In this document: one piece after another, positions 1 to 11,744 of the stretch | How the letters are laid out: the number at the start of each line of letters is the position of its first letter | Position numbering within the stretch: position 1 is the first letter of the stretch | Origin: Rickettsiales bacterium | Lineage (GTDB): Bacteria > Pseudomonadota > Alphaproteobacteria > Rickettsiales > UBA1997 | Length of the DNA: 64,000 bases | Assembly: GCA_038142525.1 (NCBI GenBank) | Contig: JAYQKE010000006.1 | Span: 42,273 to 106,272, forward strand | Direction: 5' to 3' | Notes under the pieces: generated by a model | Seen by the model: the letters and a program-made list of their open reading frames with translations, nothing else | Databases searched by the model: none | What the model was told of the DNA's origin: nothing | Translations under genes and position numbers: made by a program

Positions 1-342
1 AGAGATTTAGCAGAAAAATTAAATTCTTTTGGATATATTTCTAAATTAGTTAGATTAAAAGTTGGTAATTTTTGCCATAATCAAACAATTTCACTTGATA
101 AGTTAAAAATATTATCTAAATTGGAAAGGACTGGTTTTAAGATACAATCTGCTAGGATATTAGGATTATCTAATATGGAAGTTGATGATGATATTGTATT
201 TAAACTTGGTTGTGGTCAAAAAATCTCATTACCCATTCCTTTTTATGAAGATCAATTTATTAATTTAATTAATAAAAATAAATTGGTAGCTATTATTAAT
301 ATTAGGGCTGGCGAGATCGACAGGATTGTAAGATTCCTATAG
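1..342 (+). CDS. truB: tRNA pseudouridine(55) synthase TruB, 3' part (runs off window start)
   Basis: Frame 1 is open from base 1: RDLAEKLNSFGYISKLVRLKVGNF matches the TruB RDL..L...G....L.R..VG.F motif; lies directly upstream of rpsO-pnp. Confidence 0.85.
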   Translation, partial: RDLAEKLNSFGYISKLVRLKVGNFCHNQTISLDKLKILSKLERTGFKIQSARILGLSNMEVDDDIVFKLGCGQKISLPIPFYEDQFINLINKNKLVAIINIRAGEIDRIVRFL

Positions 343-368
343 TCACAAAATATAAAAATTACTAAATA

Positions 369-638
369 ATGACATTAAATACAGAAGTTAAATCTAAAAT
401 AATAAAAGAATATCAAACTGCCGAATCTGATACTGGTTCTGTTGAAGTGCAATGTGCCATATTAACTGAAAGAATTAAAGGTTTAACTGAACATCTTAAG
501 GAGCATAAGAAAGATCACTCATGTCGAAGAAGCCTTTTAATATTAGTAAATCAAAGAAAAAAATTATTAGGATATCTTAAACAAAAATCTACAGTAAGAT
601 ATGATGATATCATTAATAAATTATCTCTTAGAAAATAG
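369..638 (+). CDS. rpsO: 30S ribosomal protein S15
   Basis: 89 aa; DTGSVEVQCAILTERI...HKKDHSCRRSLL. Confidence 0.98.
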   Translation: MTLNTEVKSKIIKEYQTAESDTGSVEVQCAILTERIKGLTEHLKEHKKDHSCRRSLLILVNQRKKLLGYLKQKSTVRYDDIINKLSLRK

Positions 639-690
639 TAAATGAACTACCAATCTTGGTATGTTCAAATGTAAATAAATTAAAAAATAT

Positions 691-2892
691 ATGTTTAACG
701 AAATTAAAAAGGAAATCACATGGGGTGGTCACAAATTATCTCTAGAAACTGGCAAAGTAGCAAGGCAGGCTTCTGGATCGGTAATTGCCAAAATGGGTGA
801 TACTTCAGTTCTTTGCGCAGTAACTGTTGGTAAAAAACCTTTAGAGGGAGCTGATTTTTTACCACTTACCATCAATTATATTGAAAAATATTATGCTTCA
901 GGAAAAATTCCTGGTGGTTTTTTCAAAAGAGAGGCTAAACCTTCCGAGCTTGCAACTTTAACTTCTAGACTTATCGATAGACCAATTAGACCATTATTTC
1001 CTAGTAATTTTAGAAATGAAATTAATGTTATTTGTCAGCTTTTATCATATGATAAAAAATGTAATCCTGACATTGTAGCGATGATTGGTGCTTCTGCCGC
1101 TCTTCACATATCTGAAGCTCCTTTCTTAGAAGCTATTTCTGGTGCTAGAGTTGGTTATATTGATGGATAATATGTTCTAAATCCAGACTCTGCTACATTA
1201 CAAAATAGTGAGTTAGATTTAATAGTTGCTGGTACTAAAAATTCTGTATTAATGGTTGAATCTGAAGCTGCAGAATTATCAGAAGAAATTATGCTTGGAG
1301 CTGTAAAATTTGGTCATGAGCAATTTCAACCGGTTATTGAAATTATTAATCAATTAAAAGAAGAAGCGGGCAAAGAAGAAGTTAAATCTGAAGTTAAAGA
1401 TGACTCCAAAATTAATGATGAAATCAAAGATTTTTCTGCATCTAAGATTGAAACTGCTTACAAAGTTCAAGATAAGCAAGAGAGGGTTACTCTACTTGAT
1501 GATATTAAATCTGAAATTACCGAAAAATTCTTAGATGAAGATAATGCTATTGGAGTTAATAAAATTGACTCCATATTTAAAAATCTTTCTAAAGATATTG
1601 TTAGAGGTTCAATTTTACAAGATAAGGTTAGAATTGATGGTAGATCACCTGAAGATGTTAGGCAAATTAAGGCTGAAGTTGGTGTCTTACCTCAAGTTCA
1701 TGGTTCAGCATTATTTACTAGGGGCGAAACTCAAGCTTTAGTTATTACAACTATCGGATCTTCTAGAGATGAGCAAATGGTTGATGGCGTTGATGGTAGC
1801 GTTACCAAAGAAACATTAATGTTACATTACAATTTCCCTCCATATTCTGTTGGTGAAGTTGGTTATTTAAAACCTCCTGGAAGAAGAGAAATTGGTCATG
1901 GTAAATTAGCTCTTAGAGCTATTAGCCCAGTTTTCCCTAGCTATGATGATTTTCAATGTGTAACTAGAATTGTCTCTGAAATTACTGAATCAAATGGTTC
2001 TAGCTCTATGGCTACTGTTTGCGGTTCTTCATTATCTTTAATGGATGCTGGTGTTCCTCTTGCTAAGCCAGTTTCTGGTATTGCTATGGGTCTAATTAAA
2101 GAAGGTGATTCTTATGTGGTTTTATCTGACATAATGGGCGATGAAGATCATCTTGGTGATATGGATTTTAAAGTTGCAGGTACTGATGATGGTATTACAG
2201 CTTTACAGATGGATATTAAAATTTCTGGTATTAGCTATGAAATTATGGAAACGGCTCTTGGTCAGGCAAAATCTGGTAGAGGTCATATTCTATCTAAAAT
2301 GGCTGAAGCTCTTTCTGCTCCAAGAGAAGATTTAAATAGTAACATACCTAAAAGTGAATCTATTAAAATATCTCCAAAGAAAATCAAAGATCTAATTGGT
2401 CCAAAAGGTAAAAATATCAAATCAATTTGTGAGCAAACTGGTGTGGTCATTGATGTTGATCAAAGTGGGGTTGTTAAATTATCTTCTAGCGATCCTGAAA
2501 TGATGGAGAAGGCTATTATAATGATTAAAGAATCAGTTTTTGAGCCAGAAGTTGGTGACATTTATGAAGGTACAGTAGTAAAGATAATTAATGCTGGTGC
2601 ATTTGTGAATATCTTTAATAATAAGGATGGTTTTGTTCATATTTCAGAACTTGCTAATCATCGTGTTGATTTTGTTGAGGATATTGTTAATGAAGGAGAT
2701 ATCGTTAAAGTTAAGGTCATTGGTTTTGATAAAAAGTTCAGACCTAAATTAAGTTATCGTTTGATTGATCAAGAGACTGGCGAAGATATATCTCACCTTG
2801 TTGAAAATTCTGACAATGGTCAGAGAGATGATTATGAAAAAGAGGAGGTAAAACCTCCAAAAAAAGAGGTTTTTTTGGTTAATCTAAATTGA
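691..2892 (+). CDS. pnp: Polyribonucleotide nucleotidyltransferase (PNPase); one in-frame TAA at 1168-1170
   Basis: [48 protein letters not shown] and S1 domains; the two ORFs are in the same frame and the gap reads YVLNP...LDLIVAGT. Confidence 0.97.
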
Positions 2893-2925
2893 GATAACGG
2901 CCCAAACTTTAAAGAGACTTTCGCT

Positions 2926-3192
2926 ATGATCTTAAAAATTCTTCTTAAAGTTTGGCCAGCCTTGTTACCAATAATCTTATATATCATTTGGAATTTTCTT
3001 GTAAAAAAATTATTGATTAAAATTTTTACGAAGAAAGATTATATAGAAGCCAATTATCAAGATCTTAATGAGGATCAGAAAAAAAATGAAACATCTCCAT
3101 ATTCTCTAAAAAATAAGCAATTTATTTTTGTTATTTATCTTAGTTTGATTTTCTTAATCATCTCTTTCCTTTCCTTCGCCTTACAGAGTTAA
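2926..3192 (+). CDS. Small two-TM membrane protein, hypothetical
   Basis: 88 aa with hydrophobic N- and C-terminal segments (PALLPIILYIIW). Confidence 0.6.
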   Translation: MILKILLKVWPALLPIILYIIWNFLVKKLLIKIFTKKDYIEANYQDLNEDQKKNETSPYSLKNKQFIFVIYLSLIFLIISFLSFALQS

Positions 3193-3278
3193 AATTAGTG
3201 GTCCGAATTTTTTGGGGAGCATTTCTTTTATCCTTTACATTGTAGTTAATTTATGCCCCCCAGAATTAAATCCTTACT

Positions 3279-4231
3279 TCAATTCTTAATTAAATTAATA
3301 ATCAGATCTATCATTAAATCCTTCTCTTTTGGATTGCTATTTGCAACAAGCAAAGCAATAGCAATTAAGGCGTTATCATTAATTTTTAATTCTCCATTAA
3401 TTTTAAGATTGTGTTTATTTTTTTCTAAAAACCAAATAAACATAAAAGCTCCAATTCTCTTATTGCCATCAGAAAATGGATGATTTTTTATTATTAAATA
3501 GAGAAGATTACCAGCTTGCTCTTCAATTGAAGGATAAAGATAATCGCCAGCAAAAGTTTGTAAAATATTACCCAAAATTCCTTCTAAAGCATTATCTTTT
3601 TGATTACCAAATAATTCTGACGCTTCTTTTTTTGTAATTAATTCTTTTTTAGATTCACAATAGCATTAACAGCTTCGTCATAATTTATCTCATAAGTGAT
3701 ATTTTTAGATAAATCATTTTTAGATAAATCATTAGAATCAAATTTACTAAGAAGGGAAAAACTTTTATTGTAATTTTTGATAATTTCTAAAAGACCTTTA
3801 GCTTCATCAATATTAGAAATTTGTTTGGTAGTAATTAGCTCAATAGTTTGATGTAATTGCTCTAATCTTCTTTCATTAATAGTATAACCCTTTTTAAGAT
3901 GATTTTTGAGGAGTTTGGTTGCCCATTTTCTAAATTCGGTTCCTTGTTTAGAGTTGACCCTATAACCAACTGACAAAATAGCATCAAGATTAAAATATTC
4001 TACAAGATATGTTTTACCATCGCTAGCAGTTGTTGCATTTTTTGCAACAGCTTGATTTTTATCCAACTCTTCTATCTTAAATATTTTATTTAAATGTCTA
4101 GAAATTACAGATTTATCTCTGTCAAAAAGGGATGATATTTGATTTAATGAGAGCCAAACAGTGTCACCATCAAAATTAACATTAATTTCTGTTTGGATAT
4201 TTTTAGAAGTGTAAATTTCAATTTTATTCAT
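3279..4231 (-). CDS. RhuM/Fic-DOC family protein (frameshift near 3640)
   Basis: N-terminal TVWLSLNQISSLFDRDKSVISRHL...YFNLDAILSVGYRVNSKQGTEFRKWA (RhuM-like); C-terminal HPFSDGNKRIG Fic/Doc motif. Confidence 0.88.
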
Positions 4232-4263
4232 AGCTTAAAAATTGTGGTTAATATTAATCTATA

Positions 4264-4434
4264 GGAACCTCTGAAAAACTAAAATATGTATTTAGCAAAA
4301 TCGATCTTTCCCCCCTTTTTTTAGCATAAATTTAGTTTTTTATGGCACAATATGTTCATATTGCACCAAAAAGAAACACAATTTCTGCTAAAAAATGATC
4401 TAAAAATTCCAATTTTTAGTTTTTCAGAGGTTCC
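4264..4434. mobile_element. IS5-family-type MITE, 171 bp
   Basis: Terminal inverted repeats GGAACCTCTGAAAAACTAAAA / TTTTAGTTTTTCAGAGGTTCC, flanked by TATA on both sides; no ORF. Confidence 0.85.
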
Positions 4435-4562
4435 TATATTCTATTTTTTAATAACCAATAATCAACCCCATCAAGTAAAACTTCTCTTATGCTAGACTTG
4501 GAACCAAATCATTCATTACTGCTTTTATGACCGTTTTTCTAGTTGATTCTCCGTAAGAAATA

Positions 4563-4814
4563 TTATTTATCTTCAAATTCCTTTAAAAATTCTACCCCAT
4601 ATTTTATAGAATTATTTTCAAATCTTACCCCTGCATTTTCAAAAGCATTAATCAATTTTTCTAATGTCGAAACTCTTAATTCTCTAACTCCTCTTTCAAA
4701 ATCAGCAATTGTAGTTGCAGATATAGATGATTTACTAGCAAGATCATTTTGCTTCCATCCTAAAAGCTCTCTAGCTGCTCTACATTGTTTGTAAGTAATT
4801 ATTACTCTACTCAT
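4563..4814 (-). CDS. XRE-family helix-turn-helix transcriptional regulator
   Basis: QCRAARELLGWKQNDLA...TIADFERG...TLEKLINAFENAGVRF, typical alphaproteobacterial XRE protein. Confidence 0.9.
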   Translation of the reverse strand: MSRVIITYKQCRAARELLGWKQNDLASKSSISATTIADFERGVRELRVSTLEKLINAFENAGVRFENNSIKYGVEFLKEFEDK

Positions 4815-4828
4815 ATTTAATGTTTTTC

Positions 4829-4857
4829 TTGACTAATAGTATTTCTACACCTATTAT
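4829..4857 (+). promoter_or_regulatory. Sigma70-type promoter divergent from the XRE gene, facing the histidine kinase
   Basis: TTGACT-17 bp-TATTAT. Confidence 0.5.
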
Positions 4858-5673
4858 CTTGTGTAATTATACTGTTTTATTGGTTTTTTAATATTTAGCT
4901 AGAAAAAGCAAACCCCTTTCTGCTATCTAAAATTATCATAATTTATCTTAGGTTATTAGCCAATAAAAGCAATATAAGAGATAATGTTTTTACCAATCAA
5001 TTTATCTTAAACCCATGAATGAAAGCAATCTAAAATCCCTTGCTGGCTCCATTGCCCATGAATCTCGCAATTCCCTTGCTGCTATTAAGCAAATATCTGA
5101 ATTATTACCCCTTTCATAAATTAGTAGACTTTTAGAATTTAAGCTCTTATAATATTGTGTATGGAAATACAAAATATTAGGAATTTATCTCAGGAGTCAA
5201 AAATGTTAATCAGAAAACAAGCCGTTGCTTGTATTGTTGAAAAGAAAATGAGTTGGAAGGAAGTAATGGAAATATTTTCTATTGGCAGGTCATCCCTTGG
5301 AAAGTGGTTAAAAGAATATAGATTACATGGTGAAGATGGATTAAACATTAAAAATAAAGTTGGCAGACCTCCTCAAACCATCTCCAAGCTCAAGCCATGT
5401 CAATGTGCTAATATTGTTAGAATAATAACTGATAATAATCCTCAACAGTTAAAATTTCCTTTTGCTTTATGGACTATAAAGGAACCTCTGAAAAACCAAT
5501 TATCTAATTTATAGATTTGAAACTGTTTAATTTTGTTATTTTTGCCAAAGTTTAGCAAAGTTATTTTATAAAATTTTGTTTGAATTTATTTGATAAAAAT
5601 AGCCAGAAAAGCTTGATTTATCTAGCTTTTTTGCTTATTATTGATATATTAAATTCAAATAAAATATATAATT

Positions 5674-6636
5674 ATGGCAACCCAGCAATCATTTTTTTCA
5701 TTAGCAATTTCTGGTAGAAAATTAAGAGCGGAGAAGTTTCTTAATCAAATGACGGATATTATTCCATGGCAAAGATTGATTGATAAGATAGAGCCTTTTT
5801 ATCCTAATGGTACTAGTGATTACGGTGGCAGGAAGGTGACAGATTTATTATTAATATTTAAGATTCATTTGTTACAGCAGTGGTTTGGTCTTAGTGATCC
5901 AGCTATGGAGGATGCTATATATGATAGAATAAGTTTTCAAAAATTCTTAAATATTGATATTGGTATTGATAATGTTCCGGATGAGACTGTGATATTGAGA
6001 TTCCGTCATTTATTGGAAAAGCATAATTTATCGTCGATTATATTTAACGAGGTAAATTCATATCTTGAAGAGAATGATCTTTTGTTGAAGGAGGGTACGA
6101 TAACTGATGCGACATTAATATCTGCTCCAACTAGTACAAAAAACAAGAAGAGGAAAAGGGACCAAGAGATGTCTTCTACCAAGAAAGGGAAGAATTATTA
6201 TTTTGGCATGAAGTCTCATATTGGTGTGCAAACTAAGGGTAAGCCAATTATTCATTCTATTGTCACGACGACAGCTAAAGATCATGATTCTACTAAAACA
6301 GAGGAGTTATTACATGGTGATGAAACTTCTTTATTTGGTGACAAGGCCTATGATGATAAGGCAATAAAAAGATTTTGTAGGAATCACAATATATTTTATG
6401 GTATAACCAATAGAGCTAAATCTAACAAAAAACTTTCAAATAAGCAAAAAAAGAGGAATAAACAATTTTCATCAGTTCGAGCTAAAGTTGAACATCCATT
6501 TCAAATTATAAAGCATCTTTGGGGCTATAGAAAGGTTAGATATAATGGTTTACAAAAGAATACTAATCAATTACAAATGCTATCATCCCTTGCTAATCTC
6601 TATATGGTTAGAAAAATACTACCAAATACAGCGTAA
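5674..6636 (+). CDS. IS5-family transposase (intact, 320 aa)
   Basis: LQQWFGLSDPAMED, PDETVILRFRHLLE, DATLI, YFGMKSHIG, GDKAY, RAKVEHPF. Confidence 0.95.
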   Translation: MATQQSFFSLAISGRKLRAEKFLNQMTDIIPWQRLIDKIEPFYPNGTSDYGGRKVTDLLLIFKIHLLQQWFGLSDPAMEDAIYDRISFQKFLNIDIGIDNVPDETVILRFRHLLEKHNLSSIIFNEVNSYLEENDLLLKEGTITDATLISAPTSTKNKKRKRDQEMSSTKKGKNYYFGMKSHIGVQTKGKPIIHSIVTTTAKDHDSTKTEELLHGDETSLFGDKAYDDKAIKRFCRNHNIFYGITNRAKSNKKLSNKQKKRNKQFSSVRAKVEHPFQIIKHLWGYRKVRYNGLQKNTNQLQMLSSLANLYMVRKILPNTA

Positions 6637-6716
6637 CAAGGGATAAATGTGTCTAATTTAGCCAAAAATGGTAAAATTAGACAAGAAACTAGAGAAATTA
6701 CCACAAATAATGCCTA

Positions 6717-6770
6717 AATTTGGATAAAGATTGTTAATTTTTAACAAAATTAGCAATCTTTATCCAAATT
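6717..6770. terminator. Long hairpin at the 3' end of the IS5 transposase
   Basis: AATTTGGATAAAGATTGTTAATTTT...AAAATTAGCAATCTTTATCCAAATT inverted repeat; repeated in copy 2. Confidence 0.55.
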
Positions 6771-8124
6771 ATAAAAATTTTTTCTGAAAAATGAAAAAAT
6801 AGACAAAATTAAATAGGAAAATCAGAGGTTCCTTAAAGAAATGGGGATTCACTCCACAAAGACCATTAACCAAAGCGTTTAACAAAGACCCAAAAAGAGT
6901 AACTAAATTTTTACAAGAAGATTACCCTTTAATTAAAAATAAATGTAAAAAAGAAAAAGGAGAAATTCATTTTCTTGATGAGATGGGAATAAATAACAAT
7001 AGCCACTCTTTTCTTAGAGGATATGGAATAAAAGGAAATAAAGAATATCAGCCAGTCTTAACAAAATCAGTTAAAAGAGTAAGTACAAATATGGTTTCAA
7101 CAATCAATAATAATGGTCATTTCAGATTTATGGTCTATGAAGAAAATATGAATATTGAAATATTTCTTAAATTTCTTAGACAATTAATTAAAAACCAAGA
7201 TAAGAAAATATTCTTAATATTAGATAATCTAAGAGTTCATCATGCTAAAAAAGTAAAAGAATGGCAACAAAAACATAAAGATAAAATAGAGTTCTATTTT
7301 CTTCCAGCATATTTCACCTGAATTAAATCCAGATGAATTGGTTAATCAAGATGTTAAGGCAAATGCAGTAAAACATAGGTTAATTCATACAAAAGAAGAA
7401 TTAAATAAAATAGTCAGATCATATTTATATTCTCTACAGAGAGATAAGCAAAAAATAAGAAATTTTTTCAAAAAGAAAAGTGTTAGATATATCTTAACCT
7501 AAAAGTCTACTAATTTATGAAAGTGGTAATAATCAAAGGTAATCTTGATGAACTTAATGAGTTTTTTAATTTAATTTCCACAACTGCCAATCGTGGCCTG
7601 CAAATTAATGACATTATCTTAAAGAATCTTTCTGATGGCAAAATTGATGATTCTAATTTTACCATGCTTTCTATTGTTAATGTAGTTAAATTTGCCATTA
7701 AAGAATTTGCTTTTGAAGATAAAGGTCAAAAAAATCTAGTGACTCTAAATTTATCAGATGATTTTGAATTTTTTGGCTCCGAAACATTAATGATTTATGT
7801 TTTATTTAACCTACTGAAAAATGCTCTTCATCATAAGGCAAAAATAGAAATTTCTTTAGATTCAAAAAATAAAAAATTACATTTTAAAGATGAAGGTCTT
7901 GGAATTCCATCCGATAAGTTAGAATCAATTTTTGATTCCTTTGTAACAAGTGGAAAATCTGGCGGAACCGGACTCGGTTTACCATTTTGCAAAAAAGTAA
8001 TGTTGGCCTTTGGTGGCGATATTATTTGTAAATCACAAAAGGGCAATGGTGCAGAATTTATTTTAAGATTTTAATTATTTTTCTTCTCAAAATCATATTC
8101 TAAATGGTATTAAAGAAGTCGCTA

Positions 8125-9657
8125 TTAATTAATATTCTTTTTATGTTCTATGGCCTCAATATCTTCAGAATCTATAACAACCCTGTAATGAGGATCTTCA
8201 TCTGGATCAGTTTCAACAAATTTACTACCCTTATCAAGTAGCGCCCTACAATCTTCACTTAAATGTAATAAATGTAATTTTTTCTTTAATTTTTTATATT
8301 TTTCAGCCAATTCATCAATTGCTTGTAAGGCCGAATGATCCCAAACTCTAGAATATTTAAAATCAATTGTTACATCCTTTGGATCATTTTTTGGATCAAA
8401 TATTTTTTTAAAAGAAAAGATTGAAGCAAAAAATAAGTGGCCATGAAGAATATAAGTTTTTTTAGTCTTTTTACTCTCGGTCACAGCATGCAAACTTTTA
8501 GCACTATGCCAAGCAAAATTAAGGGCCGAAACTATAACGCCAATAATAACAGCAACTGCCAAATCAGTAAATACAGTAACGATAGAAACTAAAATTAAAA
8601 CAAAAGCATCATTTTTTGGAATTTTTCTAATTATTCTAAAGCTAGACCATTCAAAAGTTCCTATAACAACAGCAATCATAATACCAGTCAAAGCTGCAAC
8701 AGGAATTTGAGCAATCAGGCCAGAAGCAAATAGAATAAAGCAAAGTAAAAATAAAGCAGCAGAAATGCCAGAAATTCTACTTCTACCACCAGATTTAATA
8801 TTAATCATACTTTGACCAATCATAGCACAGCCACCCATACCGCCAAAAAAACCAGTGATAATATTGGCGCTACCTTGTGCTACACATTCTTTACTATTTC
8901 TACCTCTTGTTCCTGTCATTTCATCAATTAAGGTCAAAGTTAGCAAAGATTCAATCAAGCCAATTGTCGCCAAAATAAAAGCATAGGGTAGAATAATTTT
9001 TAAAGTTTCAAAATTATAATCAATTGTTGGAATATTAAAAACAGGTAAGGAGCCTGAAATATCAGCTAAATCACCAACATTTTTTGAAGGTAAATCAAAT
9101 AAAATAACGATCAGGAAAATTATTAAAATTGCTCCAAGTGGTGCTGGAATAAATTTAGTGATTTTTGGTAAGAATTTAATTACTGCTAATGTTAATAAAA
9201 CTAAAGCTAATGTTGTGTAAAGTAAATTACCTTCCATCCAATTACCATCAATTTTAAATTGTGATAATTGTGATAAGAAAATCACAATAGCCAAACCATT
9301 AACAAAACCAAGCATTACAGGGTAGGGTACCATTTTAATAAATTTACCAAGTCGTAAAAATCCAAATGTTACTTGAATTAAACCCATTAAAATTACTGTA
9401 GCAAATAGATATTGCACACCATGATTGGCAACAAGGCTAATCATAACAACGGCCAGAGCGCCAGTTGCACCAGAAATCATTCCTGGTCTACCGCCAAAGG
9501 CAGCAGTTATTAAGCCAACTAAAAAAGCAGCATAAAGACCAACTAACGGTTCTACCCCTGCAATGAATGAAAAGGCTACAGCTTCTGGAACTAATGCTAA
9601 TGCAACTGTTAGACCGGATAAAATTTCAGTTTTATAATTTATATTTTTATTTATCAT
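8125..9657 (-). CDS. SulP-family inorganic anion transporter with STAS domain
   Basis: GLTVALALVPEAVAF, GGRPGMISGATGA, GGMGGCAMIGQS, C-terminal STAS (VWDHSA). Confidence 0.93.
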   Translation of the reverse strand: MINKNINYKTEILSGLTVALALVPEAVAFSFIAGVEPLVGLYAAFLVGLITAAFGGRPGMISGATGALAVVMISLVANHGVQYLFATVILMGLIQVTFGFLRLGKFIKMVPYPVMLGFVNGLAIVIFLSQLSQFKIDGNWMEGNLLYTTLALVLLTLAVIKFLPKITKFIPAPLGAILIIFLIVILFDLPSKNVGDLADISGSLPVFNIPTIDYNFETLKIILPYAFILATIGLIESLLTLTLIDEMTGTRGRNSKECVAQGSANIITGFFGGMGGCAMIGQSMINIKSGGRSRISGISAALFLLCFILFASGLIAQIPVAALTGIMIAVVIGTFEWSSFRIIRKIPKNDAFVLILVSIVTVFTDLAVAVIIGVIVSALNFAWHSAKSLHAVTESKKTKKTYILHGHLFFASIFSFKKIFDPKNDPKDVTIDFKYSRVWDHSALQAIDELAEKYKKLKKKLHLLHLSEDCRALLDKGSKFVETDPDEDPHYRVVIDSEDIEAIEHKKNIN

Positions 9658-9752
9658 TTAGTTAGTTTAATATATTTTTAGATAACTCTCTTTATAAGGG
9701 AGTTGAAGTAACTGAAAGTTTGCGGGGGTTCCTAATATTGAATCAAAGAGAA

Positions 9753-11009
<1,257 letters not shown>

Positions 11010-11091
11010 TTACTTATTTTTTTAGTTAACAATTATTATAATTTGGTATTTCTCCAAAAAGAACATCTTATTAATCATAATTTAATTATCA

Positions 11092-11739
11092 ATGAGTGAA
11101 TTAGATCAAATCAAAAAGGAAGCTCAGATTGAAATTGTCACTACAAAATTATTAGAATTTTATAAAAATAATAAAAAGAAGGTAATTTTTTCTGGCATTT
11201 TTGTTTTTTTTCTAGCTATTTTTGTTGTAACCTATTCTTTTCATATCAAAAATATCAATCAAAAATATTCAGTAATATTACAAGAATTATTTTTACAAGA
11301 TGATTTTGATAATAAAAAATTACAGGAATTAGTTGAGCAAAATAATTCTAAAGCCATTAAGTTAGTTGCTTCTATGCAATATGCTAAAATTTTAATTAGA
11401 GAAGCTAAGATTGATGAGGCTATAAATTTATATTTAACAATTAATAAGGATAGGGATCATGATCAATTTTTTAGGGAATATGCTGGATTGATGGCCATTA
11501 AATATTTGATAGAAAAAAATGATAATAAAAAATATGATATATTAAATATTATCAATAGAATTGAAAAAGATTCATCAAATTTAAAAGATCATATTACTGA
11601 ACAAAAGGCGATATATTTTTGGAAAAATAAGATGATTAAAGAGTCTGAAGAGATATTTCAGAAATTATTAAAAAATATTGAAACTCCAGAAAAAATAAGG
11701 CAGAGAGCAAGAATAATGATAGAAATCGGCATTAACTAA
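11092..11739 (+). CDS. YfgM-like TPR membrane-anchored protein
   Basis: N-terminal TM helix followed by helical TPR-like region ending P..IRQRA. Confidence 0.6.
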   Translation: MSELDQIKKEAQIEIVTTKLLEFYKNNKKKVIFSGIFVFFLAIFVVTYSFHIKNINQKYSVILQELFLQDDFDNKKLQELVEQNNSKAIKLVASMQYAKILIREAKIDEAINLYLTINKDRDHDQFFREYAGLMAIKYLIEKNDNKKYDILNIINRIEKDSSNLKDHITEQKAIYFWKNKMIKESEEIFQKLLKNIETPEKIRQRARIMIEIGIN

Positions 11740-11744
11740 ACTTT

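Larger units (their letters stand above)
5481..6832 (+). mobile_element. IS5-family insertion sequence, copy 1
   Basis: Ends GGAACCTCTGA...TCAGAGGTTCC; second near-identical copy at 51896-54641. Confidence 0.95.
5105..7529 (+). mobile_element. IS630-family insertion sequence, transposase disrupted by an IS5 insertion
   Basis: TIRs TTACC(C/A)CTTTCATAAATTAGTAGACTTTTAG; TA target duplication (5103-5104, 7530-7531); fragments FALWT, WGFTPQRP, HFLDEMG, LILDNLRVHH, PELNPDE. Confidence 0.92.
5015..8074 (+). pseudogene. Cytoplasmic histidine kinase (HisKA + HATPase, LqsS/CqsS-like transmitter) interrupted by IS630
   Basis: 5015-5104 reads MNESNLKSLAGSIAHESRNSLAAIKQISEL (H-box); after the IS it continues in frame IKGNLDE...VLFNLLKNAL...DEGLGI...FVTSGKSGGTGLGL. 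Confidence 0.85.

Noticed and set aside
1168-1170. TAA reassigned to a sense codon
   Set aside because: TAA is the normal terminator of many genes here (recA, sucD, pheT, kdsA) and the residues expected at the internal TAAs are inconsistent
1535-2335. Alternative-frame ORFs inside pnp, and similar short overlapping or antisense ORFs (3253, 4543, 7510, 7831, 15697, 16058, 28249, 31526, 33601, 44663, 56512, 58232, 63272 and others)
   Set aside because: Shadows of well-supported genes, with no motifs of their own
5155-5514. 119-aa ORF as an independent gene
   Set aside because: N-terminal IS630 transposase fragment running into the IS5 left end
7517-8074. Stand-alone HATPase gene
   Set aside because: Its ATG lies in the IS630 right IR; it is the 3' part of the interrupted kinase starting at 5015
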